Position numbers and translations under genes: made by a program. Shown piece by piece: positions 1 to 10,438 of a stretch of 64,000 nucleotides of DNA. Below the pieces are notes generated by a model. It was not told the DNA's origin, ran no database searches, and saw only the letters and a list, made by a program, of their open reading frames with translations. The DNA lies in contig OZ245791.1 in the NCBI GenBank assembly GCA_965228125.1, positions 483,894 through 547,893 on the forward strand, in the 5' to 3' direction. Source of the DNA: Victivallales bacterium. Lineage in GTDB: Bacteria > Verrucomicrobiota > Lentisphaeria > Victivallales > GWF2-38-69. How positions within the stretch are numbered: the stretch's first letter is position 1; every line of letters begins with the position of its first letter.

Positions 1-2
1 CG

Positions 3-701
3 GCTTCTGACCCTGTAGTAGAATGCCTGCTAGTCCCTGATATCTCTCTGGCAGTAGCTGAATCTTATGCTCTTGAAGGCAAAAATGTACTTGTGTTGCT
101 TACTGACATGACAAATTATGCCGATTCCCTTAAAGAAATAGCCATCACAATGGAACAGATTCCCTCCAATCGCGGCTACCCTGGCGACCTGTACAGCCAG
201 TTGGCTGCCAGATACGAAAAAGCAGTGGACTTTGATGGAGCTGGCTCAATTACCGTTTTGACTGTAACTACAATGCCTGGTGATGATGTGACTCACCCTG
301 TACCGGATAATACCGGATATATCACAGAAGGCCAGTTCTACCTCAAAAATGGCCGAATTGAACCTTTCGGATCACTCAGCCGCCTAAAACAGCAGGTAAA
401 CGGCGAAAGCAGAAAAGACCATAGGGCCATCATGGACACAATGATAAGACTCTATTCGAGTTACAGAGAAACATGCGAAAAGCAATCAATGGGTTTTTCA
501 ATGAGCAATTGGGACTCTAAACTTCTCAAATACGGCTCTCTCTTCGAAAAGAGAATGATGGATTTGACTGTAAATATCTCGCTAGAAGATGCGCTTGACA
601 ATGGTTGGCAGACTTTAGCCGAGTGTTTCGATAAGACAGAAACAGGTATTAAGACCGATTTGTTAAATGACTTCTGGCCTAATACGGAAGGAAAGGCTTA
701 A
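3..701 (+). CDS. atpB: V/A-type ATP synthase subunit B (5'-truncated by window edge)
   Basis: Frame is open from nt 3 ([20 protein letters not shown]...); motifs [34 protein letters not shown]; followed by subunits D, I, K. Confidence 0.96.
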   Translation, partial: ASDPVVECLLVPDISLAVAESYALEGKNVLVLLTDMTNYADSLKEIAITMEQIPSNRGYPGDLYSQLAARYEKAVDFDGAGSITVLTVTTMPGDDVTHPVPDNTGYITEGQFYLKNGRIEPFGSLSRLKQQVNGESRKDHRAIMDTMIRLYSSYRETCEKQSMGFSMSNWDSKLLKYGSLFEKRMMDLTVNISLEDALDNGWQTLAECFDKTETGIKTDLLNDFWPNTEGKA

Positions 702-728
702 TTTTAAGTACGATTTGGAGTTCAACTA

Positions 729-1337
729 ATGGCAAAAATTAAACTTACAAAAAGTGAACTCAAAACACAGAGAGATTCTCTTAAGCAGTTCACTAGATTC
801 CTTCCTACTCTTCAGCTCAAGAAGCAGCAATTGCAGCTGGAAGCAAGAAAAAGTCAGGAGCGAGTTGAATTGAATAAGAAAAAAGAAGAGGACTTCAAAA
901 ACAACATTACCTCTTGGATGGCAATGTTTGGCTCGCAGACAGATGTGGAACGAATATCCAGCTATATCAAAACAGAGGGCATTTTTACAGATAAGACCAA
1001 TATCGCAGGAGTTGAAATTCCTGTCTATAAGGGCGCTGAATTTAAGATTAACGAATACGATTTATATGAAGAAGACCCTTGGGTAGATGATGGCATCAAA
1101 GCCTTGTGCGACCTTATAGAAATACGTGCGGAAAGAGATGTCATTCTGGAACAGTACAGAAGGATCAGTAATGAGTTGCGTATTACCACGCAGAGAGTTA
1201 ATCTTTTCGAAAAAGTTAAGATTCCTCAAAGTAAGGATAATATAAAAAAGATTCAGATTTATCTGGGGGATCAACTAACATCCGCTGTAGGCAGATCTAA
1301 AATAGCAAAGAAGAAACTATCTGAGGCTGTATCATGA
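729..1337 (+). CDS. atpD: V/A-type ATP synthase subunit D
   Basis: LPTLQLKKQQL and TTQRVNLFEKVKIP motifs; operon position. Confidence 0.95.
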   Translation: MAKIKLTKSELKTQRDSLKQFTRFLPTLQLKKQQLQLEARKSQERVELNKKKEEDFKNNITSWMAMFGSQTDVERISSYIKTEGIFTDKTNIAGVEIPVYKGAEFKINEYDLYEEDPWVDDGIKALCDLIEIRAERDVILEQYRRISNELRITTQRVNLFEKVKIPQSKDNIKKIQIYLGDQLTSAVGRSKIAKKKLSEAVS

Positions 1338-3169
1338 TTGAAAAAATGTTGAAAGCCGCAATTGTCTGTAGAAAAGAAGATCAGGTGTTTACACTCAAAG
1401 AATTGAGAAAATTTGGGGTAATACACGTTGAAATCGCTCAAAAACCTACCGATACAGAAGTTTCGTCTTCTCTTCTTAAAGAGCTGGAAAAAGTTAATCG
1501 CTCAATAATTACCCTGTCTGAAACCCGTTGCAAAGAAGTAGCACATACTTTCCGTAGCGATGACCCTAAGACCCTTACTGAAAGGCTAGTGACTGCTGTT
1601 TCTGAAAATGTCTCTTACAAGAAAGATATTGAGTCTCTCCACAAAGAACGGGAGAAGTTGCTGCCTTGGGGCGAGTTCTCGTTTGATTCAATAGACAAAA
1701 TCCAGCAAAGTGGTTATTTCATCTATCTTTGTGCCACCCCAAAACAATTCGTAAATAATTACAGCGACAAGGGAACAATAGAGATTGTATCCAAAAACAA
1801 GACAACCGTTTATTTTCTTATTATCAGCAAAAACGCTTATAAGAAGGAAGAATTGCCGCTGGCGCCTTTGCCAGCCCAAAAAATATCTATATCTAAAATA
1901 GATACCAAAATTGCTGAATTGAATTCAAAATCTAACGAAAACAAGTGCGTCATCAGCAGCCTTACAAAATCTTTGGCCAGTATCAAAGAATATAAAACAT
2001 ACATTGAAGAGAAGTTGGAATTCGCCATAAATAAAGAAACTATGGGCGTAGAAAAAGATCTTCGCTACCTAAAAGGATTTGTACCTAAGAAATGCGAAAA
2101 GATGTTACTGGAAGCGGCCAGAAAAAGCGGCTGGGCCATACACCTGGAAGAAGTTACAGACAAAGATAATGCGCCGACGTTTATAAATCCGCCAAAAATA
2201 TTTAGTCTGGCTACTCCTATATTCGATTTTCTGGGAATTTCGCCTTCTTACAATGAATGGGATATCAGCGGAGCAATGCTCTTCTTTTTCAGTTTGTTTT
2301 TCGCTATGATTATCGGAGATGCAGGATATGGAACCATATTCCTGATAGTCACACTTGTTGCAAAAATCATTTACCGTCGAGTCCCCAAATACGCAAAGGC
2401 TCTCAATCTATTTATACTGTTAAGTTTCTTGACTATAGTCTGGGGCATACTGACTGGTTCTTTTTTCGGTATGGATGCCAGCCGTTTGCCTAAAGAAATG
2501 AGAGGCATAGAATTTTTCAGCAATCCTGATACGTATAACGTTCATATCCAATATGTTTGTTTCATGATTGCTGCCATACACCTATCATTAGGCAGAGTCT
2601 GGAAAGCTATTCTTTATTGGAACAGTAAAAAAGCTCTTGGCCAATTGGGTTGGGCTCTCGTCATTTGGGGCAATTTTTTTACTGCTATTAAAGTTGTAGT
2701 TTACCAGGAAGCACCTTTTCCTACTTTCGCATTTTTCCTGTACGGGATTGGCGTGGCTTTAATCTTATTTTTCTATGTAAACTGGAAAGAAATAACCGCA
2801 TTATTCGAATTGCCTCTTTCTCTAATAGGCAGCTTTATAGATGTTCTTTCTTATATCCGTCTTTTTGCCGTTGGGATTGCCGCCATATACATAGCTGAAA
2901 ATTTCAACCAGATGGGGCTGCAAATAATGCATATATCAGGCTGGCTGTTTATTTTTGGTTTGCTTATCATAGTAGCAGGGCATCTTTTGAATATTACTTT
3001 GTCACTTATGGCTGTTCTTGTACACGGGGTCAGGCTTAACATACTTGAATTCTCAAACCACATGGAATTAAAATGGGGAGGAACTCCCTTCAAGCCATTT
3101 GCTGAAAAATTTTCTAAAATGAAAAAACTATCAAAAATACAAGAAACAACAAAAGAAGGAGTAAAATAA
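1334..3169 (+). CDS. atpI: V/A-type ATP synthase subunit I (a)
   Basis: Soluble N-half, then FFAMIIGDAGYG, DVLSYIRLFAVG, HGVRLNILEF; ATGA overlap with subunit D. Confidence 0.95.
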   Translation: MIEKMLKAAIVCRKEDQVFTLKELRKFGVIHVEIAQKPTDTEVSSSLLKELEKVNRSIITLSETRCKEVAHTFRSDDPKTLTERLVTAVSENVSYKKDIESLHKEREKLLPWGEFSFDSIDKIQQSGYFIYLCATPKQFVNNYSDKGTIEIVSKNKTTVYFLIISKNAYKKEELPLAPLPAQKISISKIDTKIAELNSKSNENKCVISSLTKSLASIKEYKTYIEEKLEFAINKETMGVEKDLRYLKGFVPKKCEKMLLEAARKSGWAIHLEEVTDKDNAPTFINPPKIFSLATPIFDFLGISPSYNEWDISGAMLFFFSLFFAMIIGDAGYGTIFLIVTLVAKIIYRRVPKYAKALNLFILLSFLTIVWGILTGSFFGMDASRLPKEMRGIEFFSNPDTYNVHIQYVCFMIAAIHLSLGRVWKAILYWNSKKALGQLGWALVIWGNFFTAIKVVVYQEAPFPTFAFFLYGIGVALILFFYVNWKEITALFELPLSLIGSFIDVLSYIRLFAVGIAAIYIAENFNQMGLQIMHISGWLFIFGLLIIVAGHLLNITLSLMAVLVHGVRLNILEFSNHMELKWGGTPFKPFAEKFSKMKKLSKIQETTKEGVK

Positions 3170-3633
3170 TGGATCCAATTTTAATGAAATCCCTAGGACA
3201 GGCCGGGGCTTTTTGTTCTATTGCTTTTGCCGCTTTCGGTTCCAGCTTCGGTACCGGAATAGCTGGCAGCGCTGCCATAGGAGCCTGGAAAAAATGTTTT
3301 CAACAGAATAAGGTGGCACCGTTTCAATTGATAATTTTCGGAGGGGCACCACTTTCACAGCCTATATATGGAATGATATTGATGTTTATTATCAATGCCA
3401 AAGCAATAGCTGTCCCCACCCACTGGCCATTGTACCTAATGGTTGGGATAACAGGAGGCATCTCAATGGGGATGTCCTCTTGGTTGCAGGGTATAGCAGG
3501 GGCAGCAGCCAGCGATTCCTTTGCGGAAACAGGTAAAGGGTTTGTAAACAGCCTTATGATAATAGGAATCGTGGAGACCGTATCAATTTTTATTCTGGCT
3601 TTTGCTATAGTACTGATTGTTCCAGTAAACTGA
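3169..3633 (+). CDS. atpK: V/A-type ATP synthase subunit K (duplicated 4-TM proteolipid)
   Basis: 154 aa hydrophobic protein; GxGxAG helix, PLSQPIYG, WLQG and IVET(V) with the ion-binding Glu. Confidence 0.93.
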   Translation: MDPILMKSLGQAGAFCSIAFAAFGSSFGTGIAGSAAIGAWKKCFQQNKVAPFQLIIFGGAPLSQPIYGMILMFIINAKAIAVPTHWPLYLMVGITGGISMGMSSWLQGIAGAAASDSFAETGKGFVNSLMIIGIVETVSIFILAFAIVLIVPVN

Positions 3634-3656
3634 TACTATATAATATTTAACTTTAG

Positions 3657-3687
3657 AAACACTCCGCTTAGTGCTGAGTGTTTTTTT
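3657..3687 (+). terminator. Rho-independent terminator of the V-ATPase operon
   Basis: AAACACTC-N11-GAGTGTTT stem followed by a T run. Confidence 0.7.
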
Positions 3688-3723
3688 ATTTTCTGTTAAA
3701 AACGCGACATAACAAAAAATTTG

Positions 3724-3752
3724 TTGAATTTACCCTCATAATGCAATATAAT
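3724..3752 (+). promoter_or_regulatory. sigma70-type promoter of the P-type ATPase
   Basis: TTGAAT (3724-3729), 17 nt spacer, TATAAT (3747-3752); AGGAGG RBS precedes ATG 3800. Confidence 0.6.
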
Positions 3753-3799
3753 GAAAACACTTATCAGTGTTAACTAAAAAAAAAGGAGGGATTCAGACT

Positions 3800-6415
3800 A
3801 TGGATGAATCAAAACTCATAACCAAAGACACGGCTGAAAAGTTGACGAAAGAAGAACTTGCTTCACAGCTTAGCCTAAATATTAATTCCGGCCTTTCTGA
3901 TGAGGAAGTACAAAATAGATTGACTGAGTATGGCTACAATGAAATTCAGGAAAAAAAGCAAAGCACCCTAATGAAGTTGCTTAAAAATTTCTCTGGCCCT
4001 ATACCGATTATGATAGAAATAGCAGCCATTCTCAGTGCAGTAACAGCTGCCTGGAATGACTTCATAGTCATAATGTTCCTTCTGATAATGAATGCACTTA
4101 TTGATTTTCTCCAAACAAGAAAAGCTGATAATGCTATTTCTGCACTCAAGGCAAGTCTGGCTTCTAAATCGAAAGTAAAAAGAAATGGAGAATGGAAGGA
4201 AATCGAAGCAAAAAACCTTGTTCCTGGCGATTTAATCCGCTTAAGACTTGGCGACATTATTCCTGCTGATGTAAAACTTGTTGAAGGAGATTACCTTCTT
4301 GTAGATGAAGCAGCCCTTACCGGAGAGTCCCTTCCTGTTGAAAAACACGCAGGAAAAGTGGCTTTCTCAGGCGCCATAGCCAAACAAGGAGAAATGAACG
4401 CTATTGTATATGGCACAGGAGTAAATACATTTTTTGGCAGAACGGCAAAACTTGTTGCAGAAGCTAAAACAAAAAGTCACTTTCAGGAAGCAGTTCTTAA
4501 GATTGGACAGTATTTGATTGCATTAAACTTTTTACTGGTTGCGGTAGTTATTTTAAGTGCCTTATTCTCAGGTTCACACGATATTAACTGGGCTAAAGAA
4601 ATTACTTTCTGCTTAGTTTTAACAGTTGCCTCAATTCCTGTAGCTCTACCTGCGGTACTAAGTGTCACTATGGCAGTAGGAGCACAGACCCTTTCAAAGA
4701 AAAAGGCCATAATAAGCAAACTCGTTGCCATAGAAGAAATGGCAGGAATGGATATTCTCTGCTCTGACAAGACAGGAACTATTACAAAAAACAAACTTAC
4801 GGTGAGAGGATATACACCTCTTACCAATTTTACCGAACATGATATAAAACTTTATGGAGCACTAGCCTCAAAAGCTGAAAACAATGACCCCATAGACACT
4901 GCTGTAATTTCAAAAGTCCAAGACATGAAAGACCTGAATCAGTATACACAGGTTTCTTTCAAACCTTTTGATCCTGTATCAAAAAGAACAGAAGCAGAAG
5001 TAACATTCGGTGGAAAAACAATAAGAGTTTCCAAGGGGGCCCCTCAGGTAATAGTTGCATTAGTCGAAAACAATGAAACTATAAAAGCCGAAGTCGATAA
5101 AATAGTTGACGAAGCAGGAGAAAGAGGATTCAGGACCCTTGGCGTAGGCCTGTCAGATGAGAGTGGAAAGTGGCAATATGTCGGACTAATTGACCTTGAA
5201 GACCCGCCAAGAGACGACTCAGCTCAAACCATAAAGGAAGCTAAAGCACTTGGAGTAGAAGTCAAAATGATAACCGGCGATCATGGTGCGATAGCAAAAG
5301 AGACTTGCCGTCAAGTAGGCATCGGGCCAAACATTCTTGAAGCTAAAACTTTAGATAATCTTTCAGACAGAAAAGCTATAAAACTTGTAGAAGAGGCCAA
5401 TGGATTCAGCCAAGTATTTCCTGAACACAAATATGAAATAGTGGAAATTCTACAGAAAGCCGGACACATAGTAGGAATGACAGGAGACGGCGTAAACGAC
5501 GCCCCTGCTCTCAAAAAAGCTGATTGCGGGACGGCCGTCGATGGCGCTACAGATGCTGCCAAATCTGCCGCAGACATTGTTCTTACAGAACCCGGTTTAT
5601 CGGTAATAGTTGATGCTATCAAAGAATCCAGATGCATATTCCAAAGGATGCGCAGCTACGCTACATACCGCATAAGTGAGACTCTGGATATTCTGTTTTT
5701 TACAGTTATAGCGATTTTAATTTGGGGTAGATTCCCCGTTGCTCCTATTATGATAATCCTATTGGCTGTATTTAACGACTTCCCTATTATGGCTATTGCT
5801 TCTGACAGAGTAAAGTATTCTTCGCTTCCTGACAAGTGGAATATGCGCAGAGTTATCGGTATAGCCACAGTTGTAGGATTTCTGGATGTGATATTTACTT
5901 TAATTCTATTTGCGGTCGGTTATAGGTTCCTCCTTAGCGACCCTGGTATCACTCTGGTAGCAGGAAATTATGTAAACGGCATTGTTGAAGGCGGAAAAGT
6001 TATATTCCCTGCTATTAACCACTATGTCAATGCTCCTGAATGGCTTAGAGGATTATTACCTTCCATCACATATCCTCAACTGCAGACAATCACGTTCTTG
6101 CAACTTCTGATTGCAGGAAATATGACTATTTTTGTCACTAGGACAGACGATCATTTCTGGTCCATAGCTCCTAGCAAAGGCCTATTCTGGGCATCAGCTT
6201 CTACTAAAATCATAATATCTTTAGCTGTTTGGGAAGGTTTCTTCCACGGGACATGGGGACTACTTCCAGGAATACAGGCCAAATATATCTTCATAGTATG
6301 GATATATGCGTTTGTAGAAAGGTTTATAATTTCCGATGCCATAAAAGTTGTGGCATACAAACTTTTTGACTACAAGGGAATAAAATTCCACAGGTCAGGA
6401 AGAGTTCACGTTTAA
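3800..6415 (+). CDS. Plasma-membrane proton-efflux P-type ATPase (type IIIA, Pma1/AHA-like)
   Basis: LTGES, IPVALPAVLSVTMAVGA, CSDKTGT, KGAP, DPPR, MTGDGVNDAPALKKAD, and TM6 FNDFPIM (proton-acceptor Asp). Start moved to ATG 3800 after AGGAGG. Confidence 0.92.
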   Translation: MDESKLITKDTAEKLTKEELASQLSLNINSGLSDEEVQNRLTEYGYNEIQEKKQSTLMKLLKNFSGPIPIMIEIAAILSAVTAAWNDFIVIMFLLIMNALIDFLQTRKADNAISALKASLASKSKVKRNGEWKEIEAKNLVPGDLIRLRLGDIIPADVKLVEGDYLLVDEAALTGESLPVEKHAGKVAFSGAIAKQGEMNAIVYGTGVNTFFGRTAKLVAEAKTKSHFQEAVLKIGQYLIALNFLLVAVVILSALFSGSHDINWAKEITFCLVLTVASIPVALPAVLSVTMAVGAQTLSKKKAIISKLVAIEEMAGMDILCSDKTGTITKNKLTVRGYTPLTNFTEHDIKLYGALASKAENNDPIDTAVISKVQDMKDLNQYTQVSFKPFDPVSKRTEAEVTFGGKTIRVSKGAPQVIVALVENNETIKAEVDKIVDEAGERGFRTLGVGLSDESGKWQYVGLIDLEDPPRDDSAQTIKEAKALGVEVKMITGDHGAIAKETCRQVGIGPNILEAKTLDNLSDRKAIKLVEEANGFSQVFPEHKYEIVEILQKAGHIVGMTGDGVNDAPALKKADCGTAVDGATDAAKSAADIVLTEPGLSVIVDAIKESRCIFQRMRSYATYRISETLDILFFTVIAILIWGRFPVAPIMIILLAVFNDFPIMAIASDRVKYSSLPDKWNMRRVIGIATVVGFLDVIFTLILFAVGYRFLLSDPGITLVAGNYVNGIVEGGKVIFPAINHYVNAPEWLRGLLPSITYPQLQTITFLQLLIAGNMTIFVTRTDDHFWSIAPSKGLFWASASTKIIISLAVWEGFFHGTWGLLPGIQAKYIFIVWIYAFVERFIISDAIKVVAYKLFDYKGIKFHRSGRVHV

Positions 6416-6439
6416 TTCCAAAATCTACTTAAAATCTAT

Positions 6440-6475
6440 AAATACACTTTGCAGGCTTGCAAAGTGTATTTTTTT
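6440..6475 (+). terminator. Rho-independent terminator
   Basis: 14-bp perfect stem AAATACACTTTGCA-ggct-TGCAAAGTGTATTT plus T tail. Confidence 0.85.
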
Positions 6476-6519
6476 ATGGCTAGAATTAGTCGATTAAATT
6501 TTACAATACAGGAGTTATA

Positions 6520-7239
6520 ATGTCTTATATTTATAAAAGAATTCTACTCAAAGTCACAGGGGAAGCCCTCAAAGGCGAACATGATCTGGGGTATGACCCG
6601 AATGCCATAAGTAGTCTTGCAAAAACTATAGCAAGCGCATTAAACGGCGGACTCGAGCTTGGCATAGTCCTTGGTGCCGGAAACCTATGGCGTGGAGCCG
6701 TAGGGAAAAAAGTCGGCATGGACCCTGTCAGGGCAGATTATATGGGAATGCTCGGAACAGTAATGAACGCACTTATTTTAAAGGACTCTTTCGAACAAAG
6801 AGGGATTAGATGCGAAGTCCAATCTGCTATTAATATGATGCCAATAGCCGAACCTTTTGATCATGAAAAAGCTATCAGATACATGCAAGAAGGCAGAATA
6901 GTAATATTTGCTGGAGGTACCGGACATCCTTTCTTCACCACAGACACGGCTGCCGCACTTAGAGCAATCGAAATAGGAGCTCAGGCTTTCTTCAAGGCCA
7001 CAAAAGTAAACGGTATCTATTCTGACGATCCGGTTAAAAACAAAAATGCTGTTAAATATGATAGAATTTCATACGATGAGGCTCTTTACAAGAACCTGAA
7101 AGTAATGGACTCTACCGCATTTTCGCTATGCAGGGATAACAACCTTCCGATAGTCGTCTTCAATTTCTCGCTTCAGGAAAATCTCGAAAGAGTTCTTTCA
7201 GGAGACACAAGCATGGCAACAATCGTTTCGAATAATTAA
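6520..7239 (+). CDS. pyrH: UMP kinase
   Basis: RILLKVTGEAL, ADYMGMLGTVMN, GTGHPFFTTDTAAALRA, LKVMDSTA. Confidence 0.96.
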   Translation: MSYIYKRILLKVTGEALKGEHDLGYDPNAISSLAKTIASALNGGLELGIVLGAGNLWRGAVGKKVGMDPVRADYMGMLGTVMNALILKDSFEQRGIRCEVQSAINMMPIAEPFDHEKAIRYMQEGRIVIFAGGTGHPFFTTDTAAALRAIEIGAQAFFKATKVNGIYSDDPVKNKNAVKYDRISYDEALYKNLKVMDSTAFSLCRDNNLPIVVFNFSLQENLERVLSGDTSMATIVSNN

Positions 7240-7277
7240 AAGTCCTCCTCCTTAAACAAAAACAAACAATGTGACTT

Positions 7278-7961
7278 ATGATAGTCCTTCTTGGTATAGT
7301 AATAGTCGTAATCGGCTTCAAGCTAAAATATGATACAATAGCTGTGGTTGTATTCGCCGGAGTAGTTACAGGACTGCTTGCTCATATCCCGATACTGGAA
7401 ATCATCAGGATACTTGGAAAGGCCTTCGTTGATACAAGATATATAACTATCTTCATACTTACTCTTCCTGCCGTTGGCCTTTGTGAACGATACGGTCTTA
7501 GGGAAAAAGCCGTGGATTTTGTAAAGAAATCCAAGAAAGTTACTGTAGGAAGGATTCTTTTTGCTTATCTTCTTTTCAGGGAACTGGCAGGAGCTCTTGG
7601 ACTAAGACTAAGCGGAATTCCGCAGTTTGTGAGGCCTCTAATCAATCCCATTGCACAAGGCGCTGCCATCAACAAATACGAAAAAATTGATAACAAGGAT
7701 GAAGACCTGATAAAGGGGCGTGCCGCATCAATGGACAATATCGGCAACTTTTTCTCTGAAGATGTATTCATAGCAAATGCAGGAGTGCTTCTCGTAGTAG
7801 GGTGCCTCGGTTCTTTAGGATACAAAGTAGATGCCGTGGGAGTAGCAATAGCATCCATACCGATAGCTGTTCTTTCCGTGATATGGTCTTTCCTTGAAAA
7901 TAAATTCAGAGACATGCTTCTTGACAAGAAGTATTTGAAGAGAAAGGAATCAAAAAAATGA
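7278..7961 (+). CDS. DUF969 family membrane protein (putative 5-oxoproline transporter subunit)
   Basis: LGKAFVDTR, ERYGLRE, G-PQFVRPLI-P, NIGNFFSED; paired with DUF979 and pcp. Confidence 0.85.
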   Translation: MIVLLGIVIVVIGFKLKYDTIAVVVFAGVVTGLLAHIPILEIIRILGKAFVDTRYITIFILTLPAVGLCERYGLREKAVDFVKKSKKVTVGRILFAYLLFRELAGALGLRLSGIPQFVRPLINPIAQGAAINKYEKIDNKDEDLIKGRAASMDNIGNFFSEDVFIANAGVLLVVGCLGSLGYKVDAVGVAIASIPIAVLSVIWSFLENKFRDMLLDKKYLKRKESKK

Positions 7962-8872
7962 TTAATACTCTTCTTGAACTATGTTATGTCCTTTGCGGCA
8001 TAATGATGATTCATACCGGAATTGAAAGCATCAAAGACAAACAAAATCCTGAGAGGCTCGGAACTTTCTCTTTCTGGATAATAATCGGAATAATATTCAT
8101 AGGCGGGAATAATATCCCACACGAAGTAACTGGTCTCCTGATTATAGTTATAGCTATTTTATCTCTGCTTAAAAAAGTAAGGATAGGCGGATTGAAAGAC
8201 TCTTGCGAAAAATTCAGAAGGAGCGCAGCCGATAGAATTGGCAATAAAATTTTCATTCCTGTCCTGATTTTGGCTTTTGTGGCCTTTCTTATCGCTCAGT
8301 TCACTCCTCTTGGCGGGCTGATCGGCATAGGCATATCTTCAATCGCAGCCTTGATTTGCGCCAAATATATAACAAACTCTCCATACCGGCATATCGCAGA
8401 CGATTCAGACAGACTCCTTCAACAAATTGGCCCTCCCACTATCCTACCCCAAATACTAGCAGCTTTGGGAATACTGTTTACCACTGCGGGTGTCGGAGAT
8501 GTAATTTCAAAAGAACTTGCTGCCATAATACCTCAAAACAGTATTTTCCTTGGTGTAGTCGCCTACTGTGTAGGAATGTTTATTTTTTCAATAATAATGG
8601 GCAACTCTTTCGCTGCTTTTGCAGTAATCACTGCTGGCATAGGATTGCCTTTTGTAATAATGAAAGGAGCTAATCCTACAATCGCCGGAGCATTGGCTCT
8701 AACAGCAGGTTATTGCGGCACCCTTATAACCCCTATGGCCGCCAACTTCAATATTGTACCAGCAGCTCTTCTGGAAACAAAGAACAAAAATATAGTCATA
8801 CTAGCCCAAGTCCCTGCTGCTCTTGTAATGCTTGTTGCCCATATCCTGCTTATGTATTACTGGGCTTTCTGA
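7958..8872 (+). CDS. DUF979 family membrane protein (putative 5-oxoproline transporter subunit)
   Basis: ILPQILAALG, IMGNSFAAF, GYCGTLITPMAANFNIVPAALLE; ATGA overlap with DUF969. Confidence 0.88.
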   Translation: MINTLLELCYVLCGIMMIHTGIESIKDKQNPERLGTFSFWIIIGIIFIGGNNIPHEVTGLLIIVIAILSLLKKVRIGGLKDSCEKFRRSAADRIGNKIFIPVLILAFVAFLIAQFTPLGGLIGIGISSIAALICAKYITNSPYRHIADDSDRLLQQIGPPTILPQILAALGILFTTAGVGDVISKELAAIIPQNSIFLGVVAYCVGMFIFSIIMGNSFAAFAVITAGIGLPFVIMKGANPTIAGALALTAGYCGTLITPMAANFNIVPAALLETKNKNIVILAQVPAALVMLVAHILLMYYWAF

Positions 8873-8924
8873 TTTCAAGAGGGCAAGCCCAGACTTCTAC
8901 AAGATAAAGATTGACAAGTTATGG

Positions 8925-9536
8925 TCAGTTCTTGGTCAGTGCATTTATCGATGCTTCAAGGGCTTTCACTATATCATCCAAAGACATGCTTGGTATATCT
9001 TTTTTATCAAGCACCTGCTCGGGCAAATACGGCACATGAATAAAACCGCCTCTAATTTTTTTGTTCTCCACTGATATCAAATGAAGAAGCTTGTACAAAA
9101 TATGGTTACAAACAAATGTCCCCGCAGTATTTGAAACTGCGGCGGGTATCCCTGCAAACTTTATCTCCTGAACCATTGCCTTTATCGGAAGGTTTGAAAA
9201 ATAAGCATTCTCCCCATCCTCTTCTATTTGTATATCAATCGGTTGCTGCCCTTCATTATCAGGAATCCTGGCATCGTCTGTGTTTATCGCCACTCTTTCT
9301 ACATTAATCTCGTATCTGCCGCCTGCCTGTCCTACACAGATGACTATATCAGGATTATGTAGATCTATCTGGTCTTTCAGAATCTGAAAAGATTTTTTAA
9401 ATACAGTTGGTAGTTGCGCTTTTAATATCTCTGCCCCGTTAACAAAGTTTTTAACTTTTCTGACAGCTTCAAACGAAGGATTCATTTTCTCGTTTCCAAA
9501 TGGATCAAAGCCAGTCAAAAGTATTTTAATTGTCAT
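8925..9536 (-). CDS. pcp: Pyroglutamyl-peptidase I
   Basis: [32 protein letters not shown] (catalytic Cys), GGFIHVP. Confidence 0.96.
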   Translation of the reverse strand: MTIKILLTGFDPFGNEKMNPSFEAVRKVKNFVNGAEILKAQLPTVFKKSFQILKDQIDLHNPDIVICVGQAGGRYEINVERVAINTDDARIPDNEGQQPIDIQIEEDGENAYFSNLPIKAMVQEIKFAGIPAAVSNTAGTFVCNHILYKLLHLISVENKKIRGGFIHVPYLPEQVLDKKDIPSMSLDDIVKALEASINALTKN

Positions 9537-9560
9537 GCCATCTCCATTGTTGGTTCTAGT

Positions 9561-10304
9561 TTATCTACCTTCAATTAATGCCTTAATCGCCTTTAGCTTT
9601 TGACAACTGGTTCTTTGATAACTCAAATTGGAGGCTTCAGCTCCCAGTTTAAGAGCAGTATTTGTAAAATTATTAACTATTTCTGCGGCCGAAGCATGAA
9701 TATCTCTGACGAATGTCTTTTGAATAATTTCAAGAACATTCCCTGCATTAATACCGCTCCCTGCCATAATTTCTATTCTGCCGTTAGCAAGAGCATTAAG
9801 CTCCTTAATCGTTTCCATTCCTTCAAAAGCGGTGCTTTTGGTTCCCGAAGTCAAAATCCTTCTGACACCAACCTCCATGAGAAAATTAAGAGCTGATTTA
9901 ATATCGGGAACAAAATCAAAAGCTCTGTGGAAAGTTACATCAAGTTTAAGCGAATTTGCTTTAGAAACGAACTTTTCTACTGCCTTGATGTTGATTGTAA
10001 AGTCGTTATTCAAAATACCGATAACAACGCCGTGAACTCCAAGTCCGGCTGCAATATCTATATCATACAACATAGAATCAACTTCCTTTCCACTAAAATA
10101 AAAATCCCCTCCCCTCGGACGAATCATAGAATGCAAGGAAATGGAAGTATTTTGTTTAGCGTAGCTGATAAGAGACAAAGAAGGAGTCAGTCCGCCTAGA
10201 GCCAAAGCACTGCAAAGCTCTAGTCTCTGAACTCCTATTTTATTTGTTACATCAATAGACTCTATATTATCAACGCAAACTTCAAGGTTTATCGAAAAAT
10301 TCAT
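9561..10304 (-). CDS. cutC: Copper homeostasis protein CutC (TIM barrel)
   Basis: LEVCVD, RLELCSALALGGLTPS, MIRPRGGDF, TFHRAFD, RILTSG. Confidence 0.93.
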   Translation of the reverse strand: MNFSINLEVCVDNIESIDVTNKIGVQRLELCSALALGGLTPSLSLISYAKQNTSISLHSMIRPRGGDFYFSGKEVDSMLYDIDIAAGLGVHGVVIGILNNDFTINIKAVEKFVSKANSLKLDVTFHRAFDFVPDIKSALNFLMEVGVRRILTSGTKSTAFEGMETIKELNALANGRIEIMAGSGINAGNVLEIIQKTFVRDIHASAAEIVNNFTNTALKLGAEASNLSYQRTSCQKLKAIKALIEGR

Positions 10305-10438
10305 AATTCTGTTTTTTTAAACTATTGGGCTTCTCTCCGGCTATAATTAGCTGCCCATAAGTGTATGCAATATTCGTGCTTTTGACAACATTTTTTTACA
10401 AATGAATGCCACACCTATTGTGATGTTCAAAAGTCTGC

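Noticed and set aside
3776-3784. A9 run before the P-type ATPase RBS, and the (AG)5 run at 37001-37010, as phase-variation tracts
   Set aside because: Short runs are expected in AT-rich DNA; the AG run simply encodes LSL in frame.
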